A model generated the notes under the pieces. The model did not search any database and was not told the DNA's origin. It saw only the letters and a program-made list of their open reading frames with translations. DNA of 58,536 bases, filler included, from an uncultured bacterium (GTDB lineage: Bacteria; Auribacterota; CAZIXI01), in NCBI GenBank assembly GCA_964543115.1. It is 2 parts of 2 records of this genome, joined end to end, with 100 filler letters (N's around TTAATTAATTAA, not from the genome) between each part and the next. Parts side by side here need not be neighbours in the genome. Positions count along the whole stretch, not along the records: positions 29,791 to 58,536 come from CAZIXI010000008.1; 1 more part is not named here. One strand, 5' to 3'. Both the position numbers and the translations under genes were made by a program. This document shows, piece after piece, positions 46,801 through 57,121 of the stretch (within the stretch, counting starts at the first letter, position 1; each line of letters starts with the position of its first letter).

Positions 46801-48786
46801 ATGAGAAATAAGACAAACTCCTTACTTACAGATCTTTACGAACTAACTATGGCGGCTAGCTATTATCAATACAAGCCAGACACCATGGCAACATTTGATC
46901 TTTTTATCAGGAAGATGCCGCCCCAGCGCAGTTATTTTATTGCTGCAGGATTGGAATCCGCTTTGCGTTATTTAGAAAGAGTGCGTTTCGACAAGGAAGA
47001 ACTAAAATATCTTAAGGGCTTAAAGTTGTTTCCACAAGAGTTTATCGAGTATCTGACCAAATTTAGATTTCGGGGTACAGTCTGGGCGCTTCCCGAAGGA
47101 ACAGTGTTTTTTCCTGAAGAACCAATCATTCGGATAACCGCCCCGATTATTGAAGCCCAGATAATAGAGAGTTTTCTGTTAAACATTATTAATTTACAAG
47201 TAACGATGGCTACCAAGGCTGCCAGGGTAGTGACGGCCAGCAGGGGTAGGGCGGTTTATGATTTTAGTCTGCGTAGAACACAGGGAAGAGAAGCAGCTAT
47301 GCAGGTAGCCCGCTGCAGTTATATGGCTGGCTGCCGCGGTACCTCTAATGTGCTGGCCGGTAAAGTGTTTGACATACCGGTTGCCGGAACAATGGCTCAT
47401 AGTTTTGTGATGAGTTTTGAAAGTGAATTGAGCAGTTTTCGCGCTTTTGCCCGCACCTTTCCGCAAAAGGCAATTTTGCTTATTGATACCTATAAAGAAA
47501 TGCAAGGGTTAAGGAATGCCATTACCGTAGCAAAAGAAATGGAGCAGACAGGGGTTAAATTAAGAGGGATTCGTCTAGATAGCGGTGATTTTGTTTCCAG
47601 CAGTAAAAAGATGCGTCGTATTCTTGATAATAAAGGACTTTCATATGTAGGTATTTTTGCCAGCGGAAACCTGGATGAGTACAAAATTAAGACACTTTTA
47701 GACAGAGGAGCACGTATTGATAGTTTTGGTGTTGGTACCCATATGGGTACTGCCAGTGATACACCCTACAGTGATGTGGTTTATAAGATCGCCGCGGTAA
47801 CAGATGCCCAGGGAAGATTTTTACCAACCATGAAACTCAGCCGGAGCAAAATGACCTATCCCGGCAGTAAACAGGTTTGGCGTTACTGCGACAAAAAAGG
47901 GAATTTTAAGAGAGATCTGCTTACACTGGAACAGGAAAAAATACAAGGTGCAAAACCACTGTTAATCAAGGTAATGGAAAAGGGTAAACTTAAATATACA
48001 TTTCCCTCACTTAGCGCAATTCGGCAATATTGTTCTGATAATCTATCCCGCTTGCCGGAAAGATATAAACGGATAGACAAACCAGAGCGTTATTCGTTGA
48101 AGATCAGTAAATCTTTAAAACATCTCTCTACACAGGTCAGCCGGAAAATTCTCACGCGATCTGCCAGCCTTGGTTTGCCATCGGTGGTCTTTATGGATAT
48201 TGATACGCAGCAGGATTTTATGGATAAAAACGGCGCATTGCCTGTTCCCCAGGCGCATAAGATTACTGGTAATCTCCGCCGGCTCACCAATTTTGCCCAA
48301 AAAAGAAAGATGATGATAGTGGCATCTGCCGATAAGCATAGAGTAGGAGATCCGGAATTTAAACTTTTTCCACCCCATTGTGTTAAGGGGACCAGGGAGC
48401 AAAGAAAGATAGCGGCAACACAATACCGGCCGGCTACTACGATAGCCTGCAATAAACGCTATCCGGATTCAGTCTTACGCAGCCGCGTGCGGGGGAAAAT
48501 GGCGGTTATCCTGGAAAAATCACAACTATCTGTATTTTCTAATCCTAATACTAAACCATTGTTACGTGATGTTATCCAGGTATACATCTATGGAGTGGCC
48601 ACGGAATATTGTGTCCGGGAAGCAGTTTTAGGCTTACGGCACCTGGATATTAAAACAGTAGTAATTAGTGATGCCATTAAAGCAGTAAGCCCTTCAGCCG
48701 GCAAAAAGACCGTTAAAGAGCTTAAGGACCGGGGCGTTATGTTTATGACCACGGAAGGGGTCTTAAAGGAGTTAAGTAAACGATGA
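46801..48786 (+). CDS. pncB: Nicotinate phosphoribosyltransferase fused to a C-terminal nicotinamidase (isochorismatase fold)
   Basis: [35 protein letters not shown] and DSFGVGT; then [12 protein letters not shown]…FPPHC, EKSQLS and GVATEYCV. Confidence 0.9.
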
Positions 48787-49331
48787 TAGAAATTAGATTT
48801 CATGGACGCGGCGGTCAAGGAGCGGTTTTGGCCTCCTCCATACTGGCTGTAGCGGCCTTTAAAGAGGGGAAGGACGTACAGGCTTTTCCTTTTTTTGGCG
48901 TAGAGAGACGGGGTGCTCCTGTGACTGCCTTTACCCGCATTGCGGAAAAGAAAATACGGATCAGAACGGAAATCTATAATCCCCATTATGTTGTGGTCTT
49001 AGATCCTGTGCTGATAGAGGGGATAAATGTGACTAAAGGGTTGCAACCGCAAGGTACGATACTTATCAATACTACCCAGAAAGGGAAATCCTTTAATTTC
49101 CGCCGGGATATCCGGATAGAAACTATTCCCGCTTCAGAAATTGCTCTCCGGCACGGTCTGGGAGATAAAGCAGCTCCGATAGTGAATACGGTTATGCTGG
49201 GCGCCTTTGCCCGTGTTTCTTCTCTGGTTAAGCTGGATTCTGTTCTGGCGGCTATCAGAGAGAAGATCGGTACCAAACAGGAAGCGAATGTTGCTGCTGC
49301 TGCGGAAGCCTTTGCTCAGGTAGAGAGATAA
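48783..49331 (+). CDS. porC: 2-oxoacid (pyruvate):ferredoxin oxidoreductase gamma subunit
   Basis: [14 protein letters not shown] and [10 protein letters not shown]. Confidence 0.92.
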
Positions 49332-49615
49332 TGGCTAATAATCCTAAACATAAAATTAAAAAAGAGTTACCGCCAATGGCCGTTTCTCATGGAGATACGA
49401 CTTATAATAAGACCGGTACCTGGAAATCACACCGGCCGGTTATTGATAAACAAAAGTGTTGTGGTTGTCTGCTTTGCTGGAAGTTCTGCCCGGAGGCGTG
49501 TATCGAACCCGGGGAGAAACCGGAAGTAAATCTGGATTATTGTAAAGGCTGCGGGATTTGTGAGCAGGTTTGTCCGGTTTGCGGCGCTCTACGCATGGAA
49601 ACCGAACATAAATAG
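49331..49615 (+). CDS. porD: 2-oxoacid:ferredoxin oxidoreductase delta subunit (2x[4Fe-4S])
   Basis: KTGTWKSHRP, CCGCLLCWKFCP and CKGCGICEQVCP. Confidence 0.92.
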   Translation: MANNPKHKIKKELPPMAVSHGDTTYNKTGTWKSHRPVIDKQKCCGCLLCWKFCPEACIEPGEKPEVNLDYCKGCGICEQVCPVCGALRMETEHK

Positions 49616-49638
49616 GTTTTTTATCAGATAATAAATAT

Positions 49639-50781
49639 ATGAAAACTGTTATAACTGGAAATCATACAGCTGCTTATGGCGCACAACTAGCACGGGCAGA
49701 AGTAATTGCTGCCTATCCCATCACACCGCAGACTCAGGTTGTGGAAAAACTGGCTGAGATTGTAGCCAAGGGACAGTTACAAGCCAGATTTATTAAAGTT
49801 GAATCAGAGCACTCTGCCATGGCGGCTAGTTTGGGAGCAGCGGCTGCAGGGGCACGTACCTTTACCGCTACCTCTTCACAGGGATTAGCCTTAATGCATG
49901 AAATGCTCCATTGGGCCACAGGTGCCCGGTTACCGGTGGTGATGGTGAATATCAATCGGGCCATGGCACCACCCTGGAACATCTGGACAGATCAAACTGA
50001 TAGCCTAAGTCAACGCGATACAGGGTGGATGCAGTTTTACTGTGCGGATAACCAGGAGATTTTAGATACAATTATTCAGGCCTATAAAGTATGTGAACAA
50101 GTACTTCTGCCGGCGATGGTGGTTTTGGACGCCTTTGTGCTTTCGCATACTTCAGAACCGGTTAGCATTCCTGAACAAAAGCTGGTAGATGAGTTTCTGC
50201 CACCCTACCAGCCGGAGTATAAGCTGGATCCGCAAAAACCGCATGCCTTTGGCGGCTTATCAGGGCCGGATGTTTATTATAAGTTTCGTTACAAGATTCA
50301 GCAGGCGATGGATGAGGCATTAGAGAAAATTAAAACAGTTGATGCGGAATACGGCCGTGTATTTGGACGCCAATACGGTTTAGTGGAGCGTTATTGCTGT
50401 GATGATGCGGAGTTTTTATTAATTACATCAGGCACCTTAGCGGAAACTGCCAAAGAGGTGATTGACAATTTGCGCCGGCAGGGAGTGGCTATTGGTTTAG
50501 CCCGGGTGCGAGTATTTCGGCCTTTTCCCCGGCAGGAGATTCGGGCACTGGCCAAGGGGGTAAAGGCAATCGGGGTAATTGATCGTAATATTTCTTTTGG
50601 GGCAGAAGGAATATTCTTTTCTGAGATTAAAGCTGCGCTTTATAACAGTAAAGATCATCCCCCTGTATCTGGATTTATAGCCGGGTTGGGTGGTAAAGAT
50701 GTTGTGCTGGAGGATATTGAGAAAATGGCCAGAGCGATAATGGCAAAGCAGATACAGGAACAGTGCTGGATAGGGGATTAG
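49639..50781 (+). CDS. porA: 2-oxoacid:ferredoxin oxidoreductase alpha subunit
   Basis: AYPITPQT, ESEHSA, ATSSQGLALMHE and RVFRPFP. Confidence 0.93.
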   Translation: MKTVITGNHTAAYGAQLARAEVIAAYPITPQTQVVEKLAEIVAKGQLQARFIKVESEHSAMAASLGAAAAGARTFTATSSQGLALMHEMLHWATGARLPVVMVNINRAMAPPWNIWTDQTDSLSQRDTGWMQFYCADNQEILDTIIQAYKVCEQVLLPAMVVLDAFVLSHTSEPVSIPEQKLVDEFLPPYQPEYKLDPQKPHAFGGLSGPDVYYKFRYKIQQAMDEALEKIKTVDAEYGRVFGRQYGLVERYCCDDAEFLLITSGTLAETAKEVIDNLRRQGVAIGLARVRVFRPFPRQEIRALAKGVKAIGVIDRNISFGAEGIFFSEIKAALYNSKDHPPVSGFIAGLGGKDVVLEDIEKMARAIMAKQIQEQCWIGD

Positions 50782-50821
50782 GGAGCTATTAAAAAAGAAG
50801 GTGTATTTGACTGCGAAAAGA

Positions 50822-51697
50822 ATGAAATTAACTATTCCTAAAGAAGAATTAATGAATCCCGGGCATCAAGCCTGTCAGGGTTGTGGCGCCACGCTGGCCA
50901 TGCGCTTTGCGCTTAAGGCACTCGGCAAGAATACTATTCTCACGGTGCCTGCCTGTTGCTGGACCGTTATTGCCGGTCCTTTTCCCTATTCGGCAGTACA
51001 AATTCCCTTTTTTCATACAGCTTTTGAAACAGCCGGGGCAGCGGCCTCAGGGATCAAGGCGGCGTTGGAGATAAAGGGAAACTCCGAGACTACCGTACTT
51101 GCTTGGGCTGGTGATGGCGGAACGATGGATATTGGATTGCAGGCGCTCTCCGGAGCCGTAGAACGGGGGGATAACTTTATTTATGTTTGTTACGATAATG
51201 AGGCTTATATGAATACCGGCATCCAGAGAAGTTCATCCACTCCTTATGGGGCATGGACAACCACAACTCCCGCAGGTTTTTTGAAAGCCAGACCGAAGAA
51301 AGATATAGTTGAAATCATGGTCGCCCACGGAATATCATATACGGCAACTGCCTCAGTTGCTTATCCTGAAGATTTCATTGAAAAATTACGTAAGGCAAAA
51401 ACATTTTCCGGGACAAAATTTATTCATTTACTTGCTCCCTGTCCGGTTGGCTGGCGTTTTTCACCGGAGAACACTATTCTTTTGGGGCGGCTGGCGGTAG
51501 AGGCGAAAATCTTCCCCTTATATGAAGTAGAAGAAGGAAAATATAAAATAAAAAAAATAACCTCCACTGAAGCGCTAAATGAATATCTCAAACTGCAGGG
51601 AAGATTTAAATATATTTCCGACGAGCAGATAGCGGAAATCAAAAACCAGATTGATTCCCGTTACGAAAGATTATTAAAAAAAGAAAAAATATTTTAA
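50822..51697 (+). CDS. porB: 2-oxoacid:ferredoxin oxidoreductase beta subunit (TPP-binding)
   Basis: GHQACQGCG, GDGGTMDIGLQALS, YDNEAYMNTGIQRS and APCPVGW; start at 50822 (track gives 50801). Confidence 0.93.
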   Translation: MKLTIPKEELMNPGHQACQGCGATLAMRFALKALGKNTILTVPACCWTVIAGPFPYSAVQIPFFHTAFETAGAAASGIKAALEIKGNSETTVLAWAGDGGTMDIGLQALSGAVERGDNFIYVCYDNEAYMNTGIQRSSSTPYGAWTTTTPAGFLKARPKKDIVEIMVAHGISYTATASVAYPEDFIEKLRKAKTFSGTKFIHLLAPCPVGWRFSPENTILLGRLAVEAKIFPLYEVEEGKYKIKKITSTEALNEYLKLQGRFKYISDEQIAEIKNQIDSRYERLLKKEKIF

Positions 51698-51809
51698 TGA
51701 GTTGCTTGTATTTTTTGTAAATTTTACTTGACTAATTAATAAAATAATTGTATTATAATAATGATTTTTATAAATCATAAATAAATAAATCGAAAAAGGA
51801 GGATGTTGT

Positions 51810-52172
51810 ATGAAGAAAAGTTTTTTGTTTGCTTTAATGTTTATGTTTTTAGCGGCAATGTTTGTTGGGAACATTTACGCGCAGGAAGAAGAGATTCTGG
51901 ATATTGTCAGCGGAAAAATCACCGTTATTGATCTTTCTGCCAATAAGCTTACCATCATTGATAAAGAAAGCAAAACACAGGAATTTGCTCTTGATCCTAA
52001 TCTGACGACAGTGTGGGATGATACGGCCGATGAGGAAAAAGAATTATCGGATTTGACCAAGGACAAGGATGTGGTGGTTGAATTTAGAGTCGATAAAGAT
52101 GGCGGTAAATTAGCTAGCTGGATTGACATCATTGTTGTAGAAGAAGAACCTGCTGAAGAAGCGGGAACGTAA
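51810..52172 (+). CDS. Hypothetical exported acidic protein
   Basis: AGGAGG RBS; signal peptide ending IYA; beta-rich, OB-fold-like pattern. Confidence 0.7.
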   Translation: MKKSFLFALMFMFLAAMFVGNIYAQEEEILDIVSGKITVIDLSANKLTIIDKESKTQEFALDPNLTTVWDDTADEEKELSDLTKDKDVVVEFRVDKDGGKLASWIDIIVVEEEPAEEAGT

Positions 52173-52234
52173 GAAAACGATTGTAACTGCTCTGGCTTGT
52201 TGTACAGATTAGTGAGAGAGATAAATTATTTATT

Positions 52235-52272
52235 AAGGGTGTCTACCTCTTAAGTAGGCACCCTTTTTTTTA
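52235..52272 (+). terminator. Rho-independent terminator
   Basis: AAGGGTGTCTAC-loop-GTAGGCACCCTT followed by a T-tract. Confidence 0.75.
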
Positions 52273-52278
52273 TATGCG

Positions 52279-52295
52279 CCCAGGCGAAGCCTGGG
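52279..52295. repeat. REP-like hairpin (family copy)
   Basis: CCCAGGC-GAA-GCCTGGG, identical core to the copy at 31982-32007. Confidence 0.65.
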
Positions 52296-52331
52296 GCACA
52301 GGAAGTAATAATGCTAAAAAAAGGAAAAGCT

Positions 52332-53381
52332 ATGCTTAGAGTAGGGCTGATTTATAATGTAAAAAAAGATGATCAACCGGATATGGATACCTATTTAGAA
52401 TGGGATGACATGTCCACTATCGAAGAGATTAAGAAGGTTCTGGCAGAAGATTGCCAGGTAGTGCCGATAGAGGCGGACAAAAATCTTTGGACACGTTTGG
52501 AAACGTATAAAAAGGAAATTGATATAGTTTTTAATATGGCCGAAGGCCTGCAGGGGAATTGGCGGGAGGCGGTTGTTCCCATGATGCTGGAGGAGTTGGG
52601 TATACCCTATACCGGCAGTGATCCGGCAACGCTCATGCTTTGTCTGGACAAAGAGCGAACCAAGCAGATCTTAGACTACCATAAATTACGTTATCCCCTG
52701 TACCGGGTCTTTAAGGAAGTGCCGGAATTAACAAAGGAGCAGATATCTCCGTTAGAATTTCCCTTAATCGTGAAACCGTTACAAGAAGGTTCCAGCAAGG
52801 GGATTGTAAACAACTCTCTGGTAATGAATAATAAGCAATGCCAGAATCAGATTGCCAGAATCATTCGAAGTTATCGACAGCCAGCGTTAGTGGAAGAGTT
52901 TATTCCCGGTCGGGAGTTTACGGTTGCCGTAATAGGGAACGATGAAGAAACGGTGGTTTTACCGATTGTGGAATTGAATTTTTCCTCTTTACCTAAAGGG
53001 GCCTTGCCGATTTATTCATATGAAGCTAAATGGATCTGGGATGTTCCCGCGGCACCACTCGATATTTTTACCTGTCCGGCAAAATTAAGGCTCACGGTAG
53101 AGAAAAGAATAAAAGACATTGCGGTAGGCGCTTATCAAGCCCTTGGCTGCCGTGATTGGTGCCGGATAGATATCAGGCTCAATAAGCTTAATATACCTTA
53201 TATCTTGGAACTTAATCCTATTCCGGGTATTCTGCCGGATCCTAAACAGAATTCCTGCTTCCCGAAGGCGGCCCGGGCACAGGGATGGACATATTCACAA
53301 TTACTACACGCGGTATTAATGATCGCCTGCCGGCGTTATGGCATTAATTATGCAACCAGAAAATATAGCTATTATTTATAA
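52332..53381 (+). CDS. D-Ala-D-Ala-ligase-like ATP-grasp protein 1
   Basis: GIPYTGSD, LDKERTK, IVKPLQEGSSKGI, EEFIPGREFT, RIDIR and ELNPIPG; lacks the Ddl N-terminal GGxSxEH motif. Alternative start 52311. Confidence 0.85.
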   Translation: MLRVGLIYNVKKDDQPDMDTYLEWDDMSTIEEIKKVLAEDCQVVPIEADKNLWTRLETYKKEIDIVFNMAEGLQGNWREAVVPMMLEELGIPYTGSDPATLMLCLDKERTKQILDYHKLRYPLYRVFKEVPELTKEQISPLEFPLIVKPLQEGSSKGIVNNSLVMNNKQCQNQIARIIRSYRQPALVEEFIPGREFTVAVIGNDEETVVLPIVELNFSSLPKGALPIYSYEAKWIWDVPAAPLDIFTCPAKLRLTVEKRIKDIAVGAYQALGCRDWCRIDIRLNKLNIPYILELNPIPGILPDPKQNSCFPKAARAQGWTYSQLLHAVLMIACRRYGINYATRKYSYYL

Positions 53382-54408
53382 TATCATTGACGAAACTGCC
53401 CAGAACACTGATTGGGAACAGGAGATAGCACTTGTTGCCAAGGCCTTGGGACAGACAGGATATCAGGTTCGGCAGATAGGGGTCAATCACAGTCCGGAGC
53501 ATTTTATGCGTTCTCTAACAGAGATTAAACCGAAGTGGGTGTTTAACCGCTGTGAAGATGTGGACAATAATAATTGGGGTGAAATATATATTGCGGGGAT
53601 ATTGGAACTAATGAATATTCCTTATACCGGTTCCGGTCCTTTATGTTTGGCTATTGCTCTTGATAAGGCCAAGGCCAAGGATATCATGAGCAGCAATGGT
53701 ATTCCCAATCCCCGCTATCAGGTATTTTTTCCGGAAGAGGATGGTCGTCAGCGACCGCATAGCCCGGGCAGTGATTTATCGTTTCCGTTAATTGTTAAAC
53801 CGTTATATGAAGATGGCAGTTATGGTATTGACTCAGGTTCTGTGGTTTTCAACGAGGAAGAATTGAAAAGTAAGCTAATTTGGTTATTTAATGAATATCG
53901 TGAACCGGCCATTGTTGAAGAATACATACAGGGCAGGGAATTTAATGTGTCCCTGTTGGGTAACGGCAAGCAGCCGAGCGTATTACCATATTCAGAAATA
54001 GATTATTCAACAATGCCCAGCGGAATACCACGGATTTGCAGTTATAACGCAAAATGGGACAAGGAAACAGTGGAATATAAGAATACTGTGCCGGTTTGTC
54101 CCGTTTCTCTGCCGGAGGAGATAGCGGAGAAGATCAATAATATTTGCCGGCAGGTATATAAAATCTTCGGTTGTCGTGATTATGCCCGGGTTGATATCCG
54201 CTTGGATAAACAGAATCGGCCGTTTGTAATAGATGTTAATCCTAATCCCTGTATTTCTCCCGACAGCGGTTTTGCCCGTTCGGGTAAGGCTGCCGGGATG
54301 GATTATAAAGAACTCATGTGCCGTATCTTTTATAACTGTAAGGAGCGTGCCAATGGCAAACATGGTGCAGACATGTTCACAGTTGGTAATTCGCAGGCTG
54401 GTGACTAA
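53350..54408 (+). CDS. D-Ala-D-Ala-ligase-like ATP-grasp protein 2
   Basis: IPYTGSG, LDKAKAK, IVKPLYEDGSYGI, EEYIQGREFN, YARVDIR and DVNPNP; overlaps both neighbours. Confidence 0.85.
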   Translation: MQPENIAIIYNIIDETAQNTDWEQEIALVAKALGQTGYQVRQIGVNHSPEHFMRSLTEIKPKWVFNRCEDVDNNNWGEIYIAGILELMNIPYTGSGPLCLAIALDKAKAKDIMSSNGIPNPRYQVFFPEEDGRQRPHSPGSDLSFPLIVKPLYEDGSYGIDSGSVVFNEEELKSKLIWLFNEYREPAIVEEYIQGREFNVSLLGNGKQPSVLPYSEIDYSTMPSGIPRICSYNAKWDKETVEYKNTVPVCPVSLPEEIAEKINNICRQVYKIFGCRDYARVDIRLDKQNRPFVIDVNPNPCISPDSGFARSGKAAGMDYKELMCRIFYNCKERANGKHGADMFTVGNSQAGD

Positions 54409-54859
54409 GGATCGGCAGTCGGTTGTTGAGCTGGCAGAGCGGACACCGCAGTTTACGAAGGAAGAAAGGGAGTGTCTGTGTGAGTTGTTGGATGAGTATT
54501 TGCGGGAAGGCAAACGGTCAGGATATGATTTCCTTGCTGCTGTAGAAGACAATACCTGTATGGGTTTTGTCTGTTTTGGCGATGTTTCCTTAACAGATGC
54601 CTGTTATGATTTGTACTGGATCGTTACGGACCCCGCTTACCAGCGCCAGGGGATTGGCGGAAAGTTGCTGGCTGCAGTGGAAAAAGTTCTACAACTGGCC
54701 GGTGCCCGGAAATTGTTTGCGGAAACATCTTCTCTGGAAAGCTATCAACCGGCTCATAAGTTTTATGTCAGGCAGGGATTCGGCCTGGCTGCCTGTATCC
54801 CGGATTTTTATAAACCAGGGGATGACAAGATTATTTTTGTCAAAGACATAACGGGGTAA
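54353..54859 (+). CDS. GNAT-family acetyltransferase
   Basis: LYWIVTDPAYQRQGIGGKLL acetyl-CoA-binding motif A, AHKFYVRQGF; AAGGAG RBS before ATG 54353. Confidence 0.85.
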   Translation: MANMVQTCSQLVIRRLVTKDRQSVVELAERTPQFTKEERECLCELLDEYLREGKRSGYDFLAAVEDNTCMGFVCFGDVSLTDACYDLYWIVTDPAYQRQGIGGKLLAAVEKVLQLAGARKLFAETSSLESYQPAHKFYVRQGFGLAACIPDFYKPGDDKIIFVKDITG

Positions 54860-54906
54860 TAAATTAGCCATAACAATATTTTGTCTGAACGAAAGGAGAT
54901 ATTTTC

Positions 54907-56106
54907 ATGGCCAATGGATATTTAACACCAAAATCTAGTCTGTGGCGGGACGTTCCCAAAGAAGATTGGCTCGATTGGCGCTGGCAGTTACGTAATCGCA
55001 TAACTACTCTGGAACAATTAGAGTCTATCTGTGAGTTACATCCTGATGAAATAACCGGACTCAAGGTTTCCCGGGGAAAACTGGCTACTTCTATAACTCC
55101 CTATTGGGCAGAGTTAATGGACAAAGATGATCCCCGTTGTCCGATCCGCCGTCAGATAGTGCCCCACATTGCCGAATCAGATACGGATAAACATGAATAT
55201 GTTGATCCCTGTGGAGAGGATACTGACAGTCCGGTTGCCGGTTTGGTGCACCGTTATCCGGATCGGGTTCTCTTCCTGGTCACCGACAAGTGTGCAAGTT
55301 ACTGCCGTTTCTGTACGCGTAAACGCATTGTCAGTGATGAAGAACGCATTAATATTGAAGAACGGGTAGAAAAGGCCGTTCAGTACATTAAAAAGAACAA
55401 ACAGATTCGGGATGTACTTATTTCCGGAGGTGATCCCTTAATTCTATCTGATACCAAATTGGATTATATTCTAAGTTCCTTTCGCAAACTCACGCAAATA
55501 GAGATTTTGCGAATTGGAACCAGAGTACCACTTACCCTGCCATATCGGGTAACCCCGAAGTTACTGGATATCTTCGCCAAATATCATCCCTTTTGGCTGA
55601 GTTTGCATATTAATCATCCGGATGAATTAACTGCTGAGGTTCGGGACGTCTGCAACCAGATAGCCGATAAAGGTATCCCCATGGGTAGTCAGACGGTATT
55701 ATTAAGCGGAATTAACGATAATGCTATTGTCATGAAGCGGTTGATTCAACAGTTATTAACAATCAGGGTCAGGCCCTACTATCTCTACCAGTGTGATCCG
55801 GTTCTCGGTACCGGGCATTTTCGCACCACTATCGCCAAAGGGCTGGAGATAATAGAATCACTGCGCGGATTTACAAGTGGTTATGCCTTACCTACTTATG
55901 TGGTTGATGCCCCAGGTGGTGGTGGTAAAGTGCCTATTTCACCAAATTATATTGTTAAATATGATAAGGGCAAACTCGTCCTGCGTAATTATGCCGGGAA
56001 AAAATATGAATACTATGAGGTACCGGTAAAATCAACATCTAAACGTTCCGCTACTGCTTCCCCTGGGGACGGATCCCGGAAAAAAGAAGTTCCAAGCTTC
56101 GCTTAG
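54907..56106 (+). CDS. kamA: KamA-family radical-SAM/PLP lysine 2,3-aminomutase-like enzyme
   Basis: WxDWxWQL, LVHRYPDRVL, CASYCRFCTR, SGGDPL, YYLYQCD and VVDAPGGGGK (PLP lysine). Confidence 0.9.
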   Translation: MANGYLTPKSSLWRDVPKEDWLDWRWQLRNRITTLEQLESICELHPDEITGLKVSRGKLATSITPYWAELMDKDDPRCPIRRQIVPHIAESDTDKHEYVDPCGEDTDSPVAGLVHRYPDRVLFLVTDKCASYCRFCTRKRIVSDEERINIEERVEKAVQYIKKNKQIRDVLISGGDPLILSDTKLDYILSSFRKLTQIEILRIGTRVPLTLPYRVTPKLLDIFAKYHPFWLSLHINHPDELTAEVRDVCNQIADKGIPMGSQTVLLSGINDNAIVMKRLIQQLLTIRVRPYYLYQCDPVLGTGHFRTTIAKGLEIIESLRGFTSGYALPTYVVDAPGGGGKVPISPNYIVKYDKGKLVLRNYAGKKYEYYEVPVKSTSKRSATASPGDGSRKKEVPSFA

Positions 56107-56116
56107 GACTGTCATT
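56091..56116 (+). repeat. REP-like copy overlapping the kamA stop codon
   Basis: TCCAAGC-TTC-GCTTAGGACTGTCATT; TAG stop at 56104-56106. Confidence 0.6.
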
Positions 56117-56127
56117 AGAGGTAGTCG

Positions 56128-57102
56128 TTGCCTAAACTGGATTTTGTCTTAACCTGGGACTGGGAATATGACAACTGGTTTGTTGACCGGTTTGCGGCTG
56201 CCTGTCAGAAAGAAACAGTAAGTATCCTCCGTGTTGGACCAGCCAACCTCGATGAAGTTTTACAAAAAATAAGTAATCAGGAACTAAGTTTCCGTGTTCT
56301 TCTCGATCGAGCCTCGGATACAGATGAGGCCTTTGACCCCCTTATTGATCAAATTCTCCTTTCAGGCACAACCAATCTGAATAAAATGAGCCATGCCGTT
56401 AAGGCGATGGATAAGGCGACAATGCATTTGGAATTTCTTTCCGGCGGGATTGATGTCCCTTATACAATCATTATATCGGATAAAGATGATCTGCCGGTAT
56501 TACGCACCCTGGGGATAGAGAAACTTGGTTCTCCTTTTATTGTCAAACCGGCTACCGGCGGCGGCGGCCTGGGTGTTTGTACGGTAAGCAGCCTGGAGGA
56601 TATTGCGGCGGCGCGGGAAGAGTTTGATGACGAGAAGTATCTGGTGCAGGAGAGGATTGTTCCTTGTCAGTTAGCTGACCAACGGGCCTATTACCGAGTT
56701 TATTATGTTTGTGGACAGATCATTCCTTGCTGGTGGGATAACGAAACCAGGGTATTCGGCCCAATATTGTCGGCAGCTGATGAGGCGATGTTTGGTTTGG
56801 GTAAGCTAAGGGAGATTACCAAAAAGATTGCCGGTATCTGTAATCTCGATTTCTTTTCTACGGAGATATGCAAGATGGCTAACAATCGTTTTGTAGTGGT
56901 TGATTATGTTAATGATCCTTGTGATATGCGGCCGCGGTCAAGCTGCCCCGATGGTGTACCGGAAGAGATTATTGATTTGGTAATAAAACATATTATCGAT
57001 TACATAAAAACAGTGCCCTGGCGGGAACTCAGCCCGCTGGAAAAAGAATTATTGCACCGCCAGCGGGAATTTGAGCTGAAACTGCTGCGCCAGCACAGAT
57101 AA
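56128..57102 (+). CDS. RimK/GshB-like ATP-grasp protein of unknown function
   Basis: MDKATMH, FIVKPATGGGGLGV, YLVQERI and VVDYVNDP ATP-grasp-type motifs. Confidence 0.7.
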   Translation: MPKLDFVLTWDWEYDNWFVDRFAAACQKETVSILRVGPANLDEVLQKISNQELSFRVLLDRASDTDEAFDPLIDQILLSGTTNLNKMSHAVKAMDKATMHLEFLSGGIDVPYTIIISDKDDLPVLRTLGIEKLGSPFIVKPATGGGGLGVCTVSSLEDIAAAREEFDDEKYLVQERIVPCQLADQRAYYRVYYVCGQIIPCWWDNETRVFGPILSAADEAMFGLGKLREITKKIAGICNLDFFSTEICKMANNRFVVVDYVNDPCDMRPRSSCPDGVPEEIIDLVIKHIIDYIKTVPWRELSPLEKELLHRQREFELKLLRQHR

Positions 57103-57121
57103 ATAACTAGGAGGTGGAGGG

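Noticed and set aside
52311..54408. Housekeeping ddl or vancomycin-resistance (van) ligases
   Set aside because: No mur/fts or vanH/vanX context and the Ddl N-terminal signature is absent.
54907..56106. EpmB (EF-P beta-lysylation) or glutamate 2,3-aminomutase
   Set aside because: No efp or epmA nearby, and the lysine-binding Asp residues are retained; the context is ATP-grasp plus GNAT.
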